DNA of 64,000 nucleotides from Escherichia coli (GTDB lineage Bacteria; Pseudomonadota; Gammaproteobacteria; Enterobacterales; Enterobacteriaceae): NCBI RefSeq assembly GCF_050320075.1, contig NZ_CP190018.1; one strand, 5' to 3'. Shown piece by piece: positions 60,990 to 64,000 of this stretch (position 1 is its first letter; each line of letters starts with the position of its first letter). The notes under the pieces were generated by a model. It saw only the letters and a program-made list of their open reading frames with translations, ran no database searches and was not told where the DNA came from. The position numbers and the translations under genes were made by a program.

Positions 60990-62315
60990 ATGAATAAATA
61001 TCAGGCAGTTATTATTGGTTTTGGCAAGGCTGGAAAAACATTAGCCGTCACGCTGGCAAAAGCAGGTTGGCGTGTGGCTCTCATCGAACAATCAAATGCA
61101 ATGTATGGCGGGACCTGTATTAATATCGGCTGTATCCCAACCAAAACATTGGTTCATGACGCACAGCAGCACACAGATTTTGTCCGTGCCATACAGCGTA
61201 AAAATGAAGTGGTTAATTTTTTACGTAATAAGAATTTTCATAATCTTGCGGATATGCCCAATATCGACGTGATCGACGGCCAGGCGGAGTTTATCAATAA
61301 TCATAGCCTGCGTGTTCATCGGCCTGAGGGAAATCTGGAAATTCATGGCGAGAAAATTTTTATTAATACCGGTGCACAAACCGTGGTTCCGCCAATTCCT
61401 GGAATTACCACCACGCCAGGAGTATATGACAGCATCGGATTACTTAATCTAAAAGAATTGCCTGGGCATTTAGGTATTTTGGGCGGCGGATATATTGGCG
61501 TTGAGTTCGCCTCTATGTTCGCTAATTTTGGCAGCAAGGTAACCATTTTAGAAGCAGCTTCGCTGTTTTTGCCTCGGGAAGATCGGGATATTGCTGATAA
61601 TATCGCGACGATTTTACGCGATCAGGGCGTCGATATTATCCTCAATGCCCATGTGGAGCGAATCAGTCACCATGAAAATCAAGTGCAAGTGCATAGCGAG
61701 CACGCCCAACTGGCGGTGGATGCACTGTTAATAGCTTCCGGTCGTCAACCGGCTACCGCTTCGTTACATCCAGAAAATGCCGGTATCGCAGTAAACGAGC
61801 GCGGGGCAATTGTCGTTGACAAGCGATTACATACCACCGCAGACAATATTTGGGCGATGGGAGATGTTACCGGCGGGCTGCAATTTACTTATATTTCACT
61901 GGATGATTACCGCATTGTACGTGATGAGTTACTGGGTGAAGGCAAACGTAGTACTGATGATCGGAAAAATGTGCCTTATTCCGTATTTATGACACCGCCC
62001 CTGTCCAGGGTTGGTATGACAGAAGAACAAGCCAGAGAGAGTGGTGCTGATATTCAGGTGGTGACATTGCCTGTAGCTGCAATTCCGCGCGCCAGAGTGA
62101 TGAACGATACCCGTGGGGTATTAAAAGCGATTGTTGATAATAAAACCCAACGTATATTAGGGGCATCACTGCTGTGTGTTGACTCCCACGAGATGATTAA
62201 TATAGTGAAAATGGTGATGGATGCCGGGCTGCCTTATAGCATATTACGCGATCAGATATTTACTCATCCGTCGATGAGCGAATCACTCAATGATCTATTT
62301 TCATTAGTCAAATAA
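60990..62315 (+). CDS. rclA: pyridine-nucleotide disulfide oxidoreductase (reactive-chlorine resistance)
   Basis: ORF 60963..62315; start placed at MNKYQAVIIGFGKAGKTLAV (441 aa); redox-active GTCINIGCIPTK motif. Confidence 0.92.
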   Translation: MNKYQAVIIGFGKAGKTLAVTLAKAGWRVALIEQSNAMYGGTCINIGCIPTKTLVHDAQQHTDFVRAIQRKNEVVNFLRNKNFHNLADMPNIDVIDGQAEFINNHSLRVHRPEGNLEIHGEKIFINTGAQTVVPPIPGITTTPGVYDSIGLLNLKELPGHLGILGGGYIGVEFASMFANFGSKVTILEAASLFLPREDRDIADNIATILRDQGVDIILNAHVERISHHENQVQVHSEHAQLAVDALLIASGRQPATASLHPENAGIAVNERGAIVVDKRLHTTADNIWAMGDVTGGLQFTYISLDDYRIVRDELLGEGKRSTDDRKNVPYSVFMTPPLSRVGMTEEQARESGADIQVVTLPVAAIPRARVMNDTRGVLKAIVDNKTQRILGASLLCVDSHEMINIVKMVMDAGLPYSILRDQIFTHPSMSESLNDLFSLVK

Positions 62316-62423
62316 ACTCAAAATCAGACGCCAGAACAAATATTCTGGCGTCTCAGAGAAAAGAATCTTATTAATTCTCTGTTACTCTATAACTTCTTAA
62401 TCACTTCATTGATGGTATTTTAT

Positions 62424-62660
62424 ATGTTTAAAAAATCTGTTTTATTTGCAACACTATTATCTGGCGTTATGGCATTTTCCACCAATGCAGATGATAAAAT
62501 AATTCTGAAACATATCAGCGTCTCGTCAGTATCAGCATCACCGACAGTTCTGGAGGATGCCATTGCTGATATAGCCAGAAAATATAATGCTTCATCCTGG
62601 AAAGTCACATCGATGCGAATTGATAATAATTCAACCGCAACAGCAGTATTGTATAAATAA
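62424..62660 (+). CDS. rclB: small periplasmic DUF1471 protein
   Basis: ORF 62409..62660; start placed at MFKKSVLFATLLSGVMAFS (78 aa) with signal peptide. Confidence 0.85.
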   Translation: MFKKSVLFATLLSGVMAFSTNADDKIILKHISVSSVSASPTVLEDAIADIARKYNASSWKVTSMRIDNNSTATAVLYK

Positions 62661-62671
62661 GGATGTTCACA

Positions 62672-63265
62672 ATGGAAAAATACCTTCACCTGTTAAGTCG
62701 GGGAGATAAAATTGGCCTGACATTGATTCGTCTGAGTATTGCGATTGTTTTTATGTGGATTGGGTTATTAAAGTTTGTCCCTTACGAGGCAGACAGCATT
62801 ACACCATTCGTCGCAAACAGTCCACTAATGTCGTTCTTTTATGAACACCCGGAAGACTATAAACAGTATCTGACTCACGAAGGCGAATACAAACCAGAAG
62901 CAAGGGCATGGCAATCGGCCAATAATACCTATGGTTTTTCCAACGGTCTTGGCGTCGTGGAGGTGATTATTGCTCTGCTGGTTTTGGCTAATCCTGTCAA
63001 TCGCTGGTTAGGTTTATTGGGAGGGCTGATGGCATTTACCACACCGTTGGTAACACTCTCATTTTTAATCACCACCCCGGAGGCATGGGTACCCGCATTG
63101 GGTGACGCTCATCATGGTTTCCCTTATTTATCTGGTGCTGGTCGCCTGGTATTGAAAGATACTCTGATGCTGGCAGGTGCTGTCATGATAATGGCAGATT
63201 CGGCGCGGGAAATTCTTAAACAACGCAGTAATGAATCCAGTTCAACGTTAAAAACTGAATATTGA
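62672..63265 (+). CDS. rclC: inner-membrane protein (reactive-chlorine resistance)
   Basis: ORF 62663..63265; start placed at MEKYLHLLSRGDKIG (197 aa). Confidence 0.88.
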   Translation: MEKYLHLLSRGDKIGLTLIRLSIAIVFMWIGLLKFVPYEADSITPFVANSPLMSFFYEHPEDYKQYLTHEGEYKPEARAWQSANNTYGFSNGLGVVEVIIALLVLANPVNRWLGLLGGLMAFTTPLVTLSFLITTPEAWVPALGDAHHGFPYLSGAGRLVLKDTLMLAGAVMIMADSAREILKQRSNESSSTLKTEY

Positions 63266-63408
63266 TAATCCGAACACTGTCTGTTGTTCACTTTTTCAGG
63301 CGTCAGGCCCCCTTTCTGATGATGAAGCCTGACGCCATATTACCGGAGATATGACAGAGTGAAGATCAATATCACTCCCCTGTTAAAAGATTCTTGTCGT
63401 CTCAGGTA

Positions 63409-63438
63409 AAATACATGATTAATATCAATCATGTATTT
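63409..63438. terminator. AT-rich perfect hairpin between convergent rclC and the aldo-keto reductase gene
   Basis: aaatacatgatt-aatatc-aatcatgtattt, followed by T-runs in both directions; overlaps the reductase stop codon. Confidence 0.5.
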
Positions 63439-64000
63439 TTACAGCAAGACAACCACGAACAAATTCAGGATTAAAATGTTTTACCGACTCCCCAACATAA
63501 CCCAAATCAAGCGAACTAATTTGTGCCATTTCTTTCTCTGTCAGTGAGAAATCCCAGATAGCAAAATTTTCTTCGATACGCTGTTGATGTGTCGATTTCG
63601 GAATAACGACCACTCCCCGTTGAATATTCCAACGCAGAATGACTTGAGAAATCGATTTTTGATGGGCATCTGCAATACTCTGAAGCAGATTATTTTCAAA
63701 GGGTTTATGTCGTCCACCACCTAACGGAGCCCATGCTTCAGGCTGCACGTTATAATACTTCATGGTTGCCAGCGCCTCTGGTTGGGCAAAATAGGGATGC
63801 AACTCGACCTGGTTGACCATCGGTTTAACTCTTACCGTTTCACAAAAGTTCGCCAGAACATGAGGATAGAAATTGGAAACCCCAATTGCTTTTAATTTGC
63901 CCTCTTCATAGGCATCTTCGAGTGCACGCCACGCACTGAAATAATCGCGCATAGCCTGGTGCAATAAATAGAGGTCGAAGTATTCTAGTCCCGATTTTTT
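63425..64000 (-). CDS. aldo-keto reductase family protein, C-terminal part (gene continues past the window end)
   Basis: Translation contains AKR motifs (KLKAIGVSNF, IPKSTHQQRIEEN); the frame stays open to position 64000. Confidence 0.8.
   Translation of the reverse strand, partial: KKSGLEYFDLYLLHQAMRDYFSAWRALEDAYEEGKLKAIGVSNFYPHVLANFCETVRVKPMVNQVELHPYFAQPEALATMKYYNVQPEAWAPLGGGRHKPFENNLLQSIADAHQKSISQVILRWNIQRGVVVIPKSTHQQRIEENFAIWDFSLTEKEMAQISSLDLGYVGESVKHFNPEFVRGCLAVKIHD

Overview
This window is an Escherichia coli-type chromosomal segment, recognised by reading the ORF translations against remembered K-12 proteins (no database search was run), and it lies in reverse orientation relative to the K-12 reference gene order. 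Gene order: mhpT' / mhpEFDCBA / mhpR / lacI-lacZYA / cynXSTR / codAB / prpEDCB / prpR / yahONMLK / accessory sugar ABC-transporter locus with an IS150-type insertion / yahJIGFED / yahCB / pdeL / betT-betIBA / ykgHGFE / rclRABC / aldo-keto reductase'. No rRNA, tRNA or CRISPR array was seen. Most of it is conserved catabolic core genome. The main points of interest are: (1) a segment between yahK and yahJ, which I believe is absent from K-12, encoding a CUT2-type ABC transporter whose binding-protein gene is split by an intact 1443-bp IS3-family element with a CCTG flanking repeat; (2) an apparent -1 frameshift in lacY; (3) an in-frame amber stop in betI, with a TTG start on betA; (4) the poorly characterised yahDEFGIJ cluster, which is my best candidate for an undescribed pathway. 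Start codons were chosen by alignment to remembered K-12 N-termini and may be off by a few codons.
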